Assembly (NCBI GenBank): GCA_964413645.1
Contig: CAYPSA010000004.1
Coordinates: 25,765 to 89,764, forward strand
From: an uncultured Gammaproteobacteria bacterium
GTDB taxonomy: Bacteria > Patescibacteriota > Microgenomatia > UBA1406 > HO2-37-13b
Length of the DNA: 64,000 nt
Direction: 5' to 3'
The translations under genes and the position numbers were made by a program. The notes beneath the pieces are model-generated. The model did no database searches, had not been told where the DNA came from, and saw only the letters and a list, made by a program, of their open reading frames with translations. Within the stretch, counting starts at the first letter, position 1. Every line of letters begins with the position of its first letter. Of the stretch, positions 44,053 to 52,701 are shown one piece after another.

Positions 44053-45747
44053 ATGAAACAACAAGCACCCGCTATGGAATGGTTGAATGAGAACAGTCGC
44101 AAATTTTTAAGTCGAGGATATTTGACCGAAGGAGTGACGCCAGAAGAGCGGATCATGTTTATTGCAAAAACAGCAGAAAAAATCTTAAAGAAAAAAGGCT
44201 TTGCAGATAAATTCTATGGCTACATGGCAAAGGGGTATTATTCTCTATCAACTCCAGTGTGGGCGAATTTTGGTTTAAAAAAAGGACTACCAATAAGTTG
44301 CTTCTCATCTCATATTAGTGATAACATGGCTGACATTTTATTTACTCATGCAGAAATTGGAATGTTCAGTAAATATGGCGGTGGAACGGCGGGTTATTTT
44401 GGTGATCTTCGCGGCCGAGGAACCGACATTACGAATAACGGAGTGTCATCGGGAGCTGTGCATTTTATGCAATTGTTTGAAACGCTTGTTGACGTAGTCA
44501 GCCAAGGCTCTACGCGACGTGGACATTTTTCGCCATATTTACCAATTGAACACCCAGACATCGAAGAATTTCTTGAAATTGGAACTGAAGGGAATTCAAT
44601 TCAAAAGTTAACCCACGGAGTAACGGTTACAGATAAGTGGATGCAAGAAATGATTGATGGAGACGCGAAAAAACGCAAAACCTGGGCAAAAGTAATTCAA
44701 AGTCGTGTGGAAATGGGATATCCATACATCTTTTTTACAGACAACGTAAATAATGGTACGGTTGATGTATATAAAGATAAAAAATTGCCTATTCGTCACA
44801 GCAACATGTGTTCTGAAATTGTGCTTCCAACCAACGAGGAATGGTCGTTTGTGTGTGACCTTTCATCGATGAATTTACTTCATTATGACGAGTGGAAAGA
44901 AACCGATGCAGTGCAAACCATGGTGTATTTCCTTGACGCGGTTATGGAAGAGTTTATTCAAAAGCTTGAAGAGCTCCGCGACAGTAAAGACAGAAGTAAG
45001 CAAGAGGCATTTTATTTTATGCAAAAAGCTCATCGATTTGCCGTTGCTAATCGTGCAATTGGATTGGGTGTACTCGGATACCACTCATATCTACAATCAA
45101 AGATGATTGCTTTTGAAAGCAAGGAAGCCAAAAAAGCCAACATACAAATATTTAAATTCATTAAAGAAAAGTCGTACGAAGCATCTGCTCAGCTTGCCAA
45201 AGAGCTTGGAGAGCCATCACTTTTGAAAGGCTATGGTCGACGCAATACAACGCTTAATGCGATTGCCCCAACCACATCGTCCGCCTTTATTTTAGGCCAA
45301 GTTTCCCAAAGTATTGAGCCGGTGTTGTCAAATTGTTACGTAAAAGATTTGGCAAAAATGAAGACAACCATTAAAAATCCATTCCTTGAAAAATTACTTA
45401 AAGAAAAGGGGAAGAATACTAAGGAAGTGTGGGAATCTATTCGAAGTAAAGATGGATCGGTGCAACATTTGTCGTTTTTGTCTGATGCGGAGAAAGAGGT
45501 ATTTAAAACGTTCTCGGAAATTGATCAGATTGCGATTATTGATCAGGCGGCCACACGCCAGCAATACATTGATCAAGCCCAATCGCTTAATCTCATGATC
45601 AACCCAAGCGTTCCTACAAAGGACATCAATGCCTTGTACATTTTCGCATGGCAGGCAAAAATTAAAACACTGTACTATCAACACAGTACCAACGCCGCAC
45701 AACAGTTTAATCAATCCAAGATGTGTGTCGATGGATGTGAAGCGTAA
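44053..45747 (+). CDS. nrdA: ribonucleotide reductase large subunit (short form, no ATP-cone)
   Basis: 564 aa with the NMCSEI active-site Cys-Glu region, PTTSSAFI, and a C-terminal Cys pair CVDGC. Confidence 0.8.
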   Translation: MKQQAPAMEWLNENSRKFLSRGYLTEGVTPEERIMFIAKTAEKILKKKGFADKFYGYMAKGYYSLSTPVWANFGLKKGLPISCFSSHISDNMADILFTHAEIGMFSKYGGGTAGYFGDLRGRGTDITNNGVSSGAVHFMQLFETLVDVVSQGSTRRGHFSPYLPIEHPDIEEFLEIGTEGNSIQKLTHGVTVTDKWMQEMIDGDAKKRKTWAKVIQSRVEMGYPYIFFTDNVNNGTVDVYKDKKLPIRHSNMCSEIVLPTNEEWSFVCDLSSMNLLHYDEWKETDAVQTMVYFLDAVMEEFIQKLEELRDSKDRSKQEAFYFMQKAHRFAVANRAIGLGVLGYHSYLQSKMIAFESKEAKKANIQIFKFIKEKSYEASAQLAKELGEPSLLKGYGRRNTTLNAIAPTTSSAFILGQVSQSIEPVLSNCYVKDLAKMKTTIKNPFLEKLLKEKGKNTKEVWESIRSKDGSVQHLSFLSDAEKEVFKTFSEIDQIAIIDQAATRQQYIDQAQSLNLMINPSVPTKDINALYIFAWQAKIKTLYYQHSTNAAQQFNQSKMCVDGCEA

Positions 45748-45767
45748 AAAAATTATATACTCATTAC

Positions 45768-46223
45768 ATGAGTGTTAATTTTACGTCGATTGATTATTTG
45801 CTTAACCAAACCGACCCGGTCACAACGGCTCCTGAACCAATTTCTACGGGTAGTGTAGAAAAAACAGAACCTGTTGGGGGAAGGATTATTGAATCAAAGC
45901 CGATTGCTGAAATTAAGGAAGAGGTGGTCGAAGAGCAGCCTAAACAACCAAGCGTTCAAGACTATGTACAGGTTCAGTCAGCAATACCAAAGATCTCTGC
46001 CGACGTGGCTGCTGCAGGGGTGCAAGCATCAGGTCCGTCTGTTATCGCCGAGGATCCCATTTTGGAACTTCCGCTGCCCGACGAACAAATTCCCGCAGCC
46101 CTTAAAAAACCCGTATCTTCTGGATTACGATGGATTGCCGAAATTTGTTTATACATACTAAGAAAAGCTCATTTGAAGCTGAAAACAATTCATGGGAAAG
46201 TTATGCGTGTTGCAGATAAGTAA
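45768..46223 (+). CDS. hypothetical protein
   Basis: 151 aa with an acidic low-complexity N-terminal part and a C-terminal amphipathic/hydrophobic helix. TATACT lies 6 nt before the ATG. Confidence 0.4.
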   Translation: MSVNFTSIDYLLNQTDPVTTAPEPISTGSVEKTEPVGGRIIESKPIAEIKEEVVEEQPKQPSVQDYVQVQSAIPKISADVAAAGVQASGPSVIAEDPILELPLPDEQIPAALKKPVSSGLRWIAEICLYILRKAHLKLKTIHGKVMRVADK

Positions 46224-46234
46224 AGAAGTAGTTT

Positions 46235-46263
46235 GTCATCCTGAACGTGTTTCATGATCCTAC
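46235..46263. repeat. short GTCATYC-family copy
   Basis: gtcatcctgaacgtgtttcatgatcctac. Confidence 0.6.
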
Positions 46264-46270
46264 GAGAGCT

Positions 46271-46594
46271 TTATAGAAGTTTATCGATTTCGCTTTTAAA
46301 TCCACCCTTGTCTCGAGCGCCAGAGACAGTATTTACGACCTCTCCGCCTTTAAACGAGATAAAAGTTGGAATAGAGAAAACATTATATTGTTGTGCTAAT
46401 TCGTTATTTTCGTCGACGTCAATTTTTACAAATAGGACTTTGCCTTTGTATTCGTCGGATTCAGAAAGGTCTTCAATGACTGGTTCTGTAATTTTGCATG
46501 GTCCACACCACTCCGCAAAAAAATCTGCAAACACAGGAAGGGTGCTTTCTAAAACTTCTTTTTGGAATTCTGCAGTAGTTATTTGTTTAACCAT
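46271..46594 (-). CDS. trxA: thioredoxin
   Basis: WCGPC active site. The start at 46594 (MVKQITTAEF) is preferred because the track N-terminal extension is translated from repeat 46604-46641. Confidence 0.9.
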   Translation of the reverse strand: MVKQITTAEFQKEVLESTLPVFADFFAEWCGPCKITEPVIEDLSESDEYKGKVLFVKIDVDENNELAQQYNVFSIPTFISFKGGEVVNTVSGARDKGGFKSEIDKLL

Positions 46595-46603
46595 AGCGCT
46601 TGC

Positions 46604-46641
46604 GTCATCCTGAGCGACCGTAGGAAGTCGAAGGATCTCAG
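46604..46641. repeat. GTCATYC-family half element
   Basis: gtcatcctgagcgaccgtaggaagtcgaaggatctcag. The internal hairpin atcct..gcgac/gtcg..aggat is visible. Confidence 0.85.
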
Positions 46642-46698
46642 TTAACGGATACTCATCATACCGAAACAATACAACAAAATCAACACGTATTTGAAAAC

Positions 46699-48381
46699 TT
46701 ATTTCTTCTCCACATTATACAAAGGTCCTACTATTTGAATATTTGCCGGAGCGCGCAGGTTAAACCAATCTTTAAATTCATTTCCGCTAAATGTTGTTCC
46801 ACCAACGCTTATTGAGCTCGTTTTTCCGGATCCAAAGTCGGGCGACACGGAAACATTCGTTCCATCTGTTACTGGACTTCCACCGCGATTGCGCAATTCT
46901 TGAGCAACTCGATTTGCATCCCACGTTTCTTTTCCAGCAGGGTTTGAATTGTCTACTTGGTATAAATGTTCTTTATCTACATCTGAATATCGGGCGAGTA
47001 AAATGACATTTGCAATATCGGCCACTTCCTCACTCTTTAGCCACGCAGTTCCACCATATTGACTTCGCGATCCCCAGTTACAGTAAAACCATGGAGAAGC
47101 TTTATCGTACGCGCGCTCATTTAGTTCCGCAAAACTGCCGGGATTTCCGCCACTTCCATCAAACTTTCCCAAGTTCAGAATATATCCTCCGTGTGTTGAA
47201 GCATATTGAGTGAAACCGGGGTTTCCACCATCCATAATTACCCACCCTTTGGTTGCTTCTACTGCTGCGTCCCAATTACCCCCCTTTGGTTCAGGTCGGA
47301 ATACTTGACATGCTTCTGTTGTACAAATACGTCCATTGCGTTGCATAGAATTGAGCGCATATGTTCGAGCAGCAACGGCTTGTGCTTTCAAAGCGGCCAT
47401 TCCTCCATCGTCGCCCCATGAATTAGGAACTTCCCAAATGCGTTTTACATAATCTTCAATCGAAAACGTTCCGTGACCATCTACATTAACTTGGGCATTT
47501 TGGTCATAATCTTTCTTAAGTGAGAATTGTGGATAATATTCTGAAATAATTTGCTCTTCTGATTGACCAGCTTTAGCGCGTGCATATGCTCCATATTGAT
47601 TAAGTCCATTTCGATGCGGAGCTCCATAGGTAAAAAATCCAACCGCAGGTGAGAACCCGGGAGATTTTCCATTGGTTAAATCGCTCGAACATCGTCCACC
47701 CGACGATCCGGCCGATCGTGGAATTCCCAAGCCCGCAAGTTTAGATGCGACTAAACTTTGCTGGCGAGCAGAAAGGGAAGCGATTTTTCCTGAAAGTTCG
47801 CTTTGATATTTTTTTGCTTTTGAAACTTCTCCGGAGAGAAATGTAGATTGTGTATCAACCGTTTTTTTAGTTACTGCAAGTCGTGAGCGCTCACTCTCAA
47901 GCGTCTTTTTACTTTCCTCAAGACTGGTAATGTAAACGATTAAATTAATAATGACCGCTTTGTCTTGGTCGGCTACTGTTTTTTGATAAAAAAAGTTTTT
48001 CAAAGAAACAGAAAGATCGTCGGCAGCAAGAAGAGTGAGGAGTGATACTTCGGCCTTTTTAACATTTCGATAATATGCGTTTACTCGTTTGTCCAGAATT
48101 TTTTTTTGGTTCACCAGTGCTTCTTCTCCTTTTTTAACGGCAACTTCTTTTTTAACAATATCGTTTTCAATGGTGGTTAGGCGACCCTTTATCGCATTTA
48201 ATTGGGTTTGGAGCTTTGCCATGTCTGACTCAAGGGGTTTGGTGGCTTTTTGAGAAGCTTCTAGATCGTTTTTGAGTTTACTCAATTGACTATTAATATC
48301 GTCAATTTCATCGGCACGAATAGTGGTAGCGAGCCCAAAACATAAAAATAGAGCCAATAGTAGGGTCAGAAATCTACGCAT
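46699..48381 (-). CDS. secreted coiled-coil protein with SpoIID/LytB-like domain
   Basis: Signal peptide and a ~200 aa coiled coil. The SpoIID signature region is ALKAQAVAARTYAL...CTTEACQVF. Confidence 0.7.
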   Translation of the reverse strand: MRRFLTLLLALFLCFGLATTIRADEIDDINSQLSKLKNDLEASQKATKPLESDMAKLQTQLNAIKGRLTTIENDIVKKEVAVKKGEEALVNQKKILDKRVNAYYRNVKKAEVSLLTLLAADDLSVSLKNFFYQKTVADQDKAVIINLIVYITSLEESKKTLESERSRLAVTKKTVDTQSTFLSGEVSKAKKYQSELSGKIASLSARQQSLVASKLAGLGIPRSAGSSGGRCSSDLTNGKSPGFSPAVGFFTYGAPHRNGLNQYGAYARAKAGQSEEQIISEYYPQFSLKKDYDQNAQVNVDGHGTFSIEDYVKRIWEVPNSWGDDGGMAALKAQAVAARTYALNSMQRNGRICTTEACQVFRPEPKGGNWDAAVEATKGWVIMDGGNPGFTQYASTHGGYILNLGKFDGSGGNPGSFAELNERAYDKASPWFYCNWGSRSQYGGTAWLKSEEVADIANVILLARYSDVDKEHLYQVDNSNPAGKETWDANRVAQELRNRGGSPVTDGTNVSVSPDFGSGKTSSISVGGTTFSGNEFKDWFNLRAPANIQIVGPLYNVEKK

Positions 48382-48431
48382 ATGTATCCATTATAGCAGT
48401 TGTTATCTTGAGAGAGTGAGGCGACCTACTT

Positions 48432-48472
48432 GTCATTCCGATCCTGAGCGAAGTCGAAGGAGAGGAATCTCA
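48432..48472. repeat. GTCATYC-family half element
   Basis: gtcattccgatcctgagcgaagtcgaaggagaggaatctca. Confidence 0.85.
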
Positions 48473-48475
48473 GTC

Positions 48476-48931
48476 TTAGGATTTTCTACGTAAGTACACA
48501 CCACCGAATAAGGCAGAAGCCAAAAGTGGCAAGAGCGCTGTTTGTGCGCCCGCATTTGGAATTGTTTGAATGGACTGTGTCGTGTTTAAACCACCTTTAG
48601 TATTGGTAATATATACAGTTTTGGTTGGAGCAGCCGCTTTGGTTGCAGCAACAGTGGGAGTAGCGATTTGAGCGTTGTTAACTTGCTCGACTGTGCGTAC
48701 TTTAGATGTGTCGCTATCAACGATTTGTTTAATAGTAAGCTTTTTAGATGCGTTAGGTGTTGGAGCAACTGTTTTATCATCTTTTCCGAAAAGACCGGCC
48801 AAGACACCGCCATTTTTAGCAGTAGTTTTGTTTTTGTCATAGAAGCCCAACTTGCCGAAGGCATAAGAAATCACGAATAGAACTACGATTAGTCCCACAA
48901 AGAGCGATATGATACGTCGAATATTATCCAT
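48476..48931 (-). CDS. surface protein with N-terminal TM and C-terminal sorting-signal-like tail
   Basis: N-terminal TM (IISLFVGLIVVLFVISYAF). The C-terminus IPNAGAQTALLPLLASALFGGVYLRRKS has a motif, hydrophobic stretch and basic tail, as in sortase substrates. Confidence 0.5.
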   Translation of the reverse strand: MDNIRRIISLFVGLIVVLFVISYAFGKLGFYDKNKTTAKNGGVLAGLFGKDDKTVAPTPNASKKLTIKQIVDSDTSKVRTVEQVNNAQIATPTVAATKAAAPTKTVYITNTKGGLNTTQSIQTIPNAGAQTALLPLLASALFGGVYLRRKS

Positions 48932-49023
48932 ATAGTCCTGTAGTATACCATATTCAACTAACTATGTCAAATTCCCTCAAATTACCCATTGACAACTTAT
49001 TATTTTTATCTATACTGTTAATT

Positions 49024-49506
49024 ATGGAAGTAATTAGCACTGTCGGAGAAAAACTATTTCATCTTGTAAACGCCCCTTTTGTTAAGGTTGCTCAAGCGAC
49101 AAATCATTTGCCTCCATGTGGAACTATTCAAGTTAACGAAGGGACACTCGGTTTTGTAATTCCAAACTTCGGAGAAATGCTTACCTTTTTAGTTAAGGGA
49201 TTTTTTGTTATCGCTGGTCTTGCAGCATTAGTTATGCTCCTTTGGGGTGCACTTGAATGGGTCCTTTCAGGTGGCGATAAGGAAAAGGTTGAAGGTGCTC
49301 GTGACCGAATCACTGCTGCAATCATTGGTGTTTTTATGATTCTTGTTGCGCTGGCAATCATCTGGACTCTAGAAAATATCGTATTCCAGAAGACAATATG
49401 TTTCGGTCTTTCATGCCCAGTCAGCTTGCCAACACTACTTAAGAAAACAACAGGCCCAACACCACCTCCAGATTGCTTGACTCCGACTGCTATTCCAAGA
49501 CCGTAG
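49024..49506 (+). CDS. T4SS pilin-like (TrbC/VirB2-type) membrane protein, paralog 1
   Basis: Two TM helices flank a GG(D/E)xEK...A..R loop (LVMLLWGALEWVLSGGDKEKVEGARDRITAAIIGVFMILVALAII). Promoter TTGACA (48989-48994), 16 nt, TATACT (49011-49016), 7 nt, ATG. Confidence 0.6.
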   Translation: MEVISTVGEKLFHLVNAPFVKVAQATNHLPPCGTIQVNEGTLGFVIPNFGEMLTFLVKGFFVIAGLAALVMLLWGALEWVLSGGDKEKVEGARDRITAAIIGVFMILVALAIIWTLENIVFQKTICFGLSCPVSLPTLLKKTTGPTPPPDCLTPTAIPRP

Positions 49507-49565
49507 TGTCGAATTTTATTAATTAATCCTCTTGCTTTATTTCTTTTTTAGTTTTACCATTAAGC

Positions 49566-50171
49566 ATGGATGTTCAAGTAAACGAAAGCACTCTCGGATT
49601 TCAAATTCCTACCTTCGGAGAAATGTTAACGTTCATGGTTAAGGGATTTTTCGTGGTTGCAGGAATTGCCGCGCTCGTTATGCTTCTGTGGGGTGCACTT
49701 GCATGGGTTCTTTCCGGAGGAGACAAAGAGAAAGTCGAAGCTGCTCGCGATCGAATGACCGCGGCAATCATTGGGGTTTTTATGATTCTTGTAGCGCTTT
49801 CTATTGTTTGGACTCTTGAACAAATAGTGTTTCAAAAGACAGTCTGTTTTGGACTTTCGTGTCCTGTCTCGATTCCTACGCTTCTCAAGTCGTCTAAAAG
49901 TGGAGGAGCTGGAGGATCGGGTGGATCCGGAGGTTCAACCGGTGGATCAAGCACGTCATCGCATATTTTTGCTCGACCAACAACCACCTCAGGAACTGGT
50001 ACTAATGGAGGAAGCACTAATGGATCCGCAACGAGTGGTTCTGGTTCGCAGACTAGTACTTCTGGGACAAACAGTGCTAATGGAGCAGCGACCAGCTCCA
50101 AAACTAGTACGCAAGGTGGAACAAATCCTTCCCCTACAGGATTGCAAAAACTCCCCGGGACTGGACTCTAA
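49566..50171 (+). CDS. T4SS pilin-like protein, paralog 2, with long Gly/Ser/Thr-rich tail
   Basis: The core is highly similar to paralog 1 (high identity by eye over the shared ~105-residue core). The tail is SGGAGGSGGSGGSTGGSS...TSGTNSANGAATSS and ends in KLPGTGL. Confidence 0.6.
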   Translation: MDVQVNESTLGFQIPTFGEMLTFMVKGFFVVAGIAALVMLLWGALAWVLSGGDKEKVEAARDRMTAAIIGVFMILVALSIVWTLEQIVFQKTVCFGLSCPVSIPTLLKSSKSGGAGGSGGSGGSTGGSSTSSHIFARPTTTSGTGTNGGSTNGSATSGSGSQTSTSGTNSANGAATSSKTSTQGGTNPSPTGLQKLPGTGL

Positions 50172-50201
50172 AAACTTCTAAAAAATTGGTATACTGATCG
50201 T

Positions 50202-50660
50202 ATGTTATCGTTCTTTGTGAATGCTCAAATTGCTTCTCTCTCGAATAGTGCTTGTGTTGTCGATGGTGTCGTTACTATTAGGTGTGCGGAAGTCATTTTC
50301 GAGCGACTACTTACCATATCATCATCGCTTGTATTATTAGTTTTATTTATCATGCTTATTGTCGGTGCGTTTAAGTATATTACTTCGGGAGGAGAAGCGG
50401 AAAAGCTTGCGGGTGCACAGAATACACTTAAGTTTGCCTTTATTGGAACATTTCTATTTTTGGGCTCCTATTTGTTCCTTACTATTCTTCAAACGCTTTT
50501 CTTGGGTGGTAAAAACAATACGCAATTTAATTTATTCAAGTTTTCGATTCCTGAATATGGAGTTTCCCCTATGCCAACTCCAACTCCAAGACGACGTTTC
50601 GAAAGAATGACACCAATCCCAACTATTGATTCTCGCAGGCCAAGGCCCACAGCTATTTGA
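50202..50660 (+). CDS. T4SS pilin-like protein, paralog 3
   Basis: LVLLVLFIMLIVGAFKYITSGGEAEKLAGAQNTLKFAFIGTFLFLGSYLFL has the same TM-GGExEK-TM layout. Pro/Arg-rich tail. TGGTATACT lies 6 nt before the ATG. Confidence 0.55.
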   Translation: MLSFFVNAQIASLSNSACVVDGVVTIRCAEVIFERLLTISSSLVLLVLFIMLIVGAFKYITSGGEAEKLAGAQNTLKFAFIGTFLFLGSYLFLTILQTLFLGGKNNTQFNLFKFSIPEYGVSPMPTPTPRRRFERMTPIPTIDSRRPRPTAI

Positions 50661-50810
50661 TTACGGAACCGGAGATAGCTGAATAACCTTTATACCACCC
50701 GCATCGGGAACCGGCGTAACAAGACCTTCATTTCTGCCAAAAAATAAATAGCCAAGAAAAACCAGAATGCCAAACCCAATCGCGATAAATATATACCCAA
50801 GCAGCTTCAT
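50661..50810 (-). CDS. unlisted small membrane protein (49 aa)
   Basis: MKLLGYIFIAIGFGILVFLGYLFFGRNEGLVTPVPDAGGIKVIQLSPVP*. The ATG overlaps the GT2 stop (ATGA). Below the ORF-track length cutoff. Confidence 0.4.
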   Translation of the reverse strand: MKLLGYIFIAIGFGILVFLGYLFFGRNEGLVTPVPDAGGIKVIQLSPVP

Positions 50811-51742
50811 AGATTAACTTTTTTCTTTACCAAAAACATTGGTCGACCTTGCACTTCTTTGTAAATTTTTCCGATATACTCTCCGATAATTCCCATTGTC
50901 ATAAGTTGTATGCCACCAAAGAACATAATTGACACAAAAAGAGCTGTCCAGCCGGTTATCCAGAATTCATGGGGTAAAAATATACGTCGAGCGAGTGCAT
51001 AAATGATACCTAAAAAGCCAAAAAGTGATATGAATATTCCTAAATACGAAGCTATTTTAAGCGGTTTGGTGGAAAACGACACCATCCCATCGATTGCCAA
51101 ATTGAGCATTTTGAATAGTGGGTAGTGCGTTTTTCCAAATTGTCGTTTATGACGAGTAAATGTTACTGTTTCAGTTTTAAATCCTCCCCAGGCTACTAAA
51201 CCCCGCAGAAAACGTGATTTTTCGGGAAGGCTGACGAGTAGTCGTGCGACTGATTTGTCGATTAAACGAAAGTCTCCTACATCAACCGGAACGGGAACTT
51301 CTGAGAACGTATTCAAAAATCGGTAAAACATGCTTGCCGTAGCGCGCTTGAAGAGCGTTTCTCGGCGCGCAGAGCGTCGTGCGTACACAATGTCTGCGCC
51401 TGCTTGCCATTTATGAATGAGCTCAGGAATCAATTCGGGTGGATCTTGCATGTCGGCATCGATACTTACCATACAATCACCTTTGGCAAACTCATATCCG
51501 GCTGAAAGTGCCATTTGGTGACCAAAATTACGTGAAAACGAAACTATTTTTATGTTTTTATTTTTTTGTGCGCTTGCTGTAAGGATTGCAAGCGTATCAT
51601 CTGTTGATCCGTCGTCGACAAAAAGAATTTCATGGGGAATATGGTTCAAAACACCAGTGATTTTTTCAATAAATGCAGAAATGCCAATCGATTCGTTGTA
51701 GGCGGGAACAATGACGGAAACTAAGAATTTTTCTCGTTGCAT
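50807..51742 (-). CDS. GT2 polyprenyl-phosphate glycosyltransferase (GtrB/ArnC/DPM1-like)
   Basis: VSVIVPAYNES, DDGSTD, DADMQDPPE, two C-terminal TM helices. The start at 51742 has TATAAT 6 nt upstream. The track N-terminal extension runs through a tRNA gene and is rejected. Confidence 0.85.
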   Translation of the reverse strand: MQREKFLVSVIVPAYNESIGISAFIEKITGVLNHIPHEILFVDDGSTDDTLAILTASAQKNKNIKIVSFSRNFGHQMALSAGYEFAKGDCMVSIDADMQDPPELIPELIHKWQAGADIVYARRSARRETLFKRATASMFYRFLNTFSEVPVPVDVGDFRLIDKSVARLLVSLPEKSRFLRGLVAWGGFKTETVTFTRHKRQFGKTHYPLFKMLNLAIDGMVSFSTKPLKIASYLGIFISLFGFLGIIYALARRIFLPHEFWITGWTALFVSIMFFGGIQLMTMGIIGEYIGKIYKEVQGRPMFLVKKKVNL

Positions 51743-51783
51743 GAAGTAATTATACACGATCCAACCGTGGGGGTTTTGAAAAG

Positions 51784-51812
51784 TTGCTATATATCTTTGT
51801 GCGTAGTATAAT
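51784..51812 (+). promoter_or_regulatory. sigma-70-type promoter for the tRNA
   Basis: TTGCTA (51784-51789), 17 nt, TATAAT (51807-51812), about 9 nt before the tRNA 5' end. Confidence 0.6.
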
Positions 51813-51821
51813 AAACCGTAT

Positions 51822-51892
51822 AGCGGGGTAGTGTAAGGCCGCACAGGAGGCTCATAATCTCCTAGGCCGTGGTTCGATTCCCGGCCCCGCAA
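51822..51892 (+). tRNA. tRNA with CAU anticodon (elongator Met or Ile2)
   Basis: D stem GUGU/GCAC. Anticodon stem GGAGG/UCUCC with loop CUCAUAA. T loop UUCGAUU. The T stem needs a bulged U (CCGUGG/CCCGG) and position 1:72 is A:A in the best fold. The GGG/CCC initiator signature is absent. Confidence 0.65.
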
Positions 51893-51903
51893 CATATATA
51901 AAA

Positions 51904-51927
51904 GCCGCCCGAATGGGCGGTTTTTTT
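51904..51927 (+). terminator. intrinsic terminator
   Basis: gccgccc-gaat-gggcgg followed by ttttttt. Confidence 0.8.
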
Positions 51928-51941
51928 GATATTATTCGTAT

Positions 51942-52313
51942 ATGAATTCTTACCAGAAGCAGATAAAGAAATTTAATGATGCTCGCAATTGGGATCAGTT
52001 CCAATCCCCCAAAGACCTCCTTTTGGGCATAGTAGAAGAAATTGGAGAACTTCGCAATATTATTAAATGGGAACAGGATCCTGAGATAATCCGCAAGGTG
52101 ATTTTGGATAATAAAGATGAATTTGAGGATAATATTGGTGATATTTATTGGTTTTTGGCAGTTTTGGCCAACAAGTATGACATTGATATGGATCAAGCAA
52201 TTACCAAAGTCATTAAGGGAAACAAGAAAAGGTTTCCACTAAAACAAACGAAGGATCACCATACTAATCTCAAACTCGGAGGCACGGACAAGCAGTATAA
52301 AAACAAAGCTTAA
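51942..52313 (+). CDS. MazG-like nucleotide pyrophosphohydrolase
   Basis: FNDARNWDQFQSPKDLLLGIVEEIGELRNIIKWE and EDNIGDIYWFLAVLANKYDIDMDQA (EExxE/DxxD-type helices). Confidence 0.75.
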   Translation: MNSYQKQIKKFNDARNWDQFQSPKDLLLGIVEEIGELRNIIKWEQDPEIIRKVILDNKDEFEDNIGDIYWFLAVLANKYDIDMDQAITKVIKGNKKRFPLKQTKDHHTNLKLGGTDKQYKNKA

Positions 52314-52633
52314 AAAAACACTTTTCTCCATTGTTCATATGGAGGCAGGATTACTGTTGGGGTAGGTGTGGGAACTCTTGAAGGTCGGGGAATAATTAAC
52401 TCGGTCTCATTCGGTTTGGTTTTGCCCAATTTATTTCGAATAATTTTTTCTACTTCGTAATAGTCTTTACTCTTTGCAAGATCACTTTTTAATTTTTTAT
52501 TAATTTCTAGCTGCTCATTATATTGTTGTAGACTCGTGTCATAAAACGAATTCTTCTGTAAAGAATCCCAAATACTCTTTGACAGAGCCAAGATCGGCAA
52601 CGCTAAAAGAATAACGATGAGTAGTTTTTTCAT
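52310..52633 (-). CDS. FtsB/DivIC-like septum formation initiator
   Basis: N-terminal TM, a short coiled coil, and YYEVEKIIRNKLG resembling the family C-terminal motif. Confidence 0.55.
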   Translation of the reverse strand: MKKLLIVILLALPILALSKSIWDSLQKNSFYDTSLQQYNEQLEINKKLKSDLAKSKDYYEVEKIIRNKLGKTKPNETELIIPRPSRVPTPTPTVILPPYEQWRKVFF

Positions 52634-52701
52634 AGTATGTATGAGTTCAATATCGTTAGTTGCGGTTGCAATTTGACCATGATAATGATATTATAGGTTA
52701 T

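Noticed and set aside
50150-50171. LPGTG at the C-terminus of pilin-like paralog 2 as a sortase sorting signal
   Set aside because: The protein ends one residue after the motif (…KLPGTGL*), with no hydrophobic segment or basic tail, so it is not a canonical sorting signal. It is mentioned only as a curiosity.
51852-52196. 114-aa minus-strand ORF, and the N-terminal extension of the GT2 ORF (51743-51895)
   Set aside because: They run through a tRNA gene, its promoter and its terminator, and antisense to the MazG-like gene. The GT2 has a good ATG at 51742 with a -10 box 6 nt upstream.
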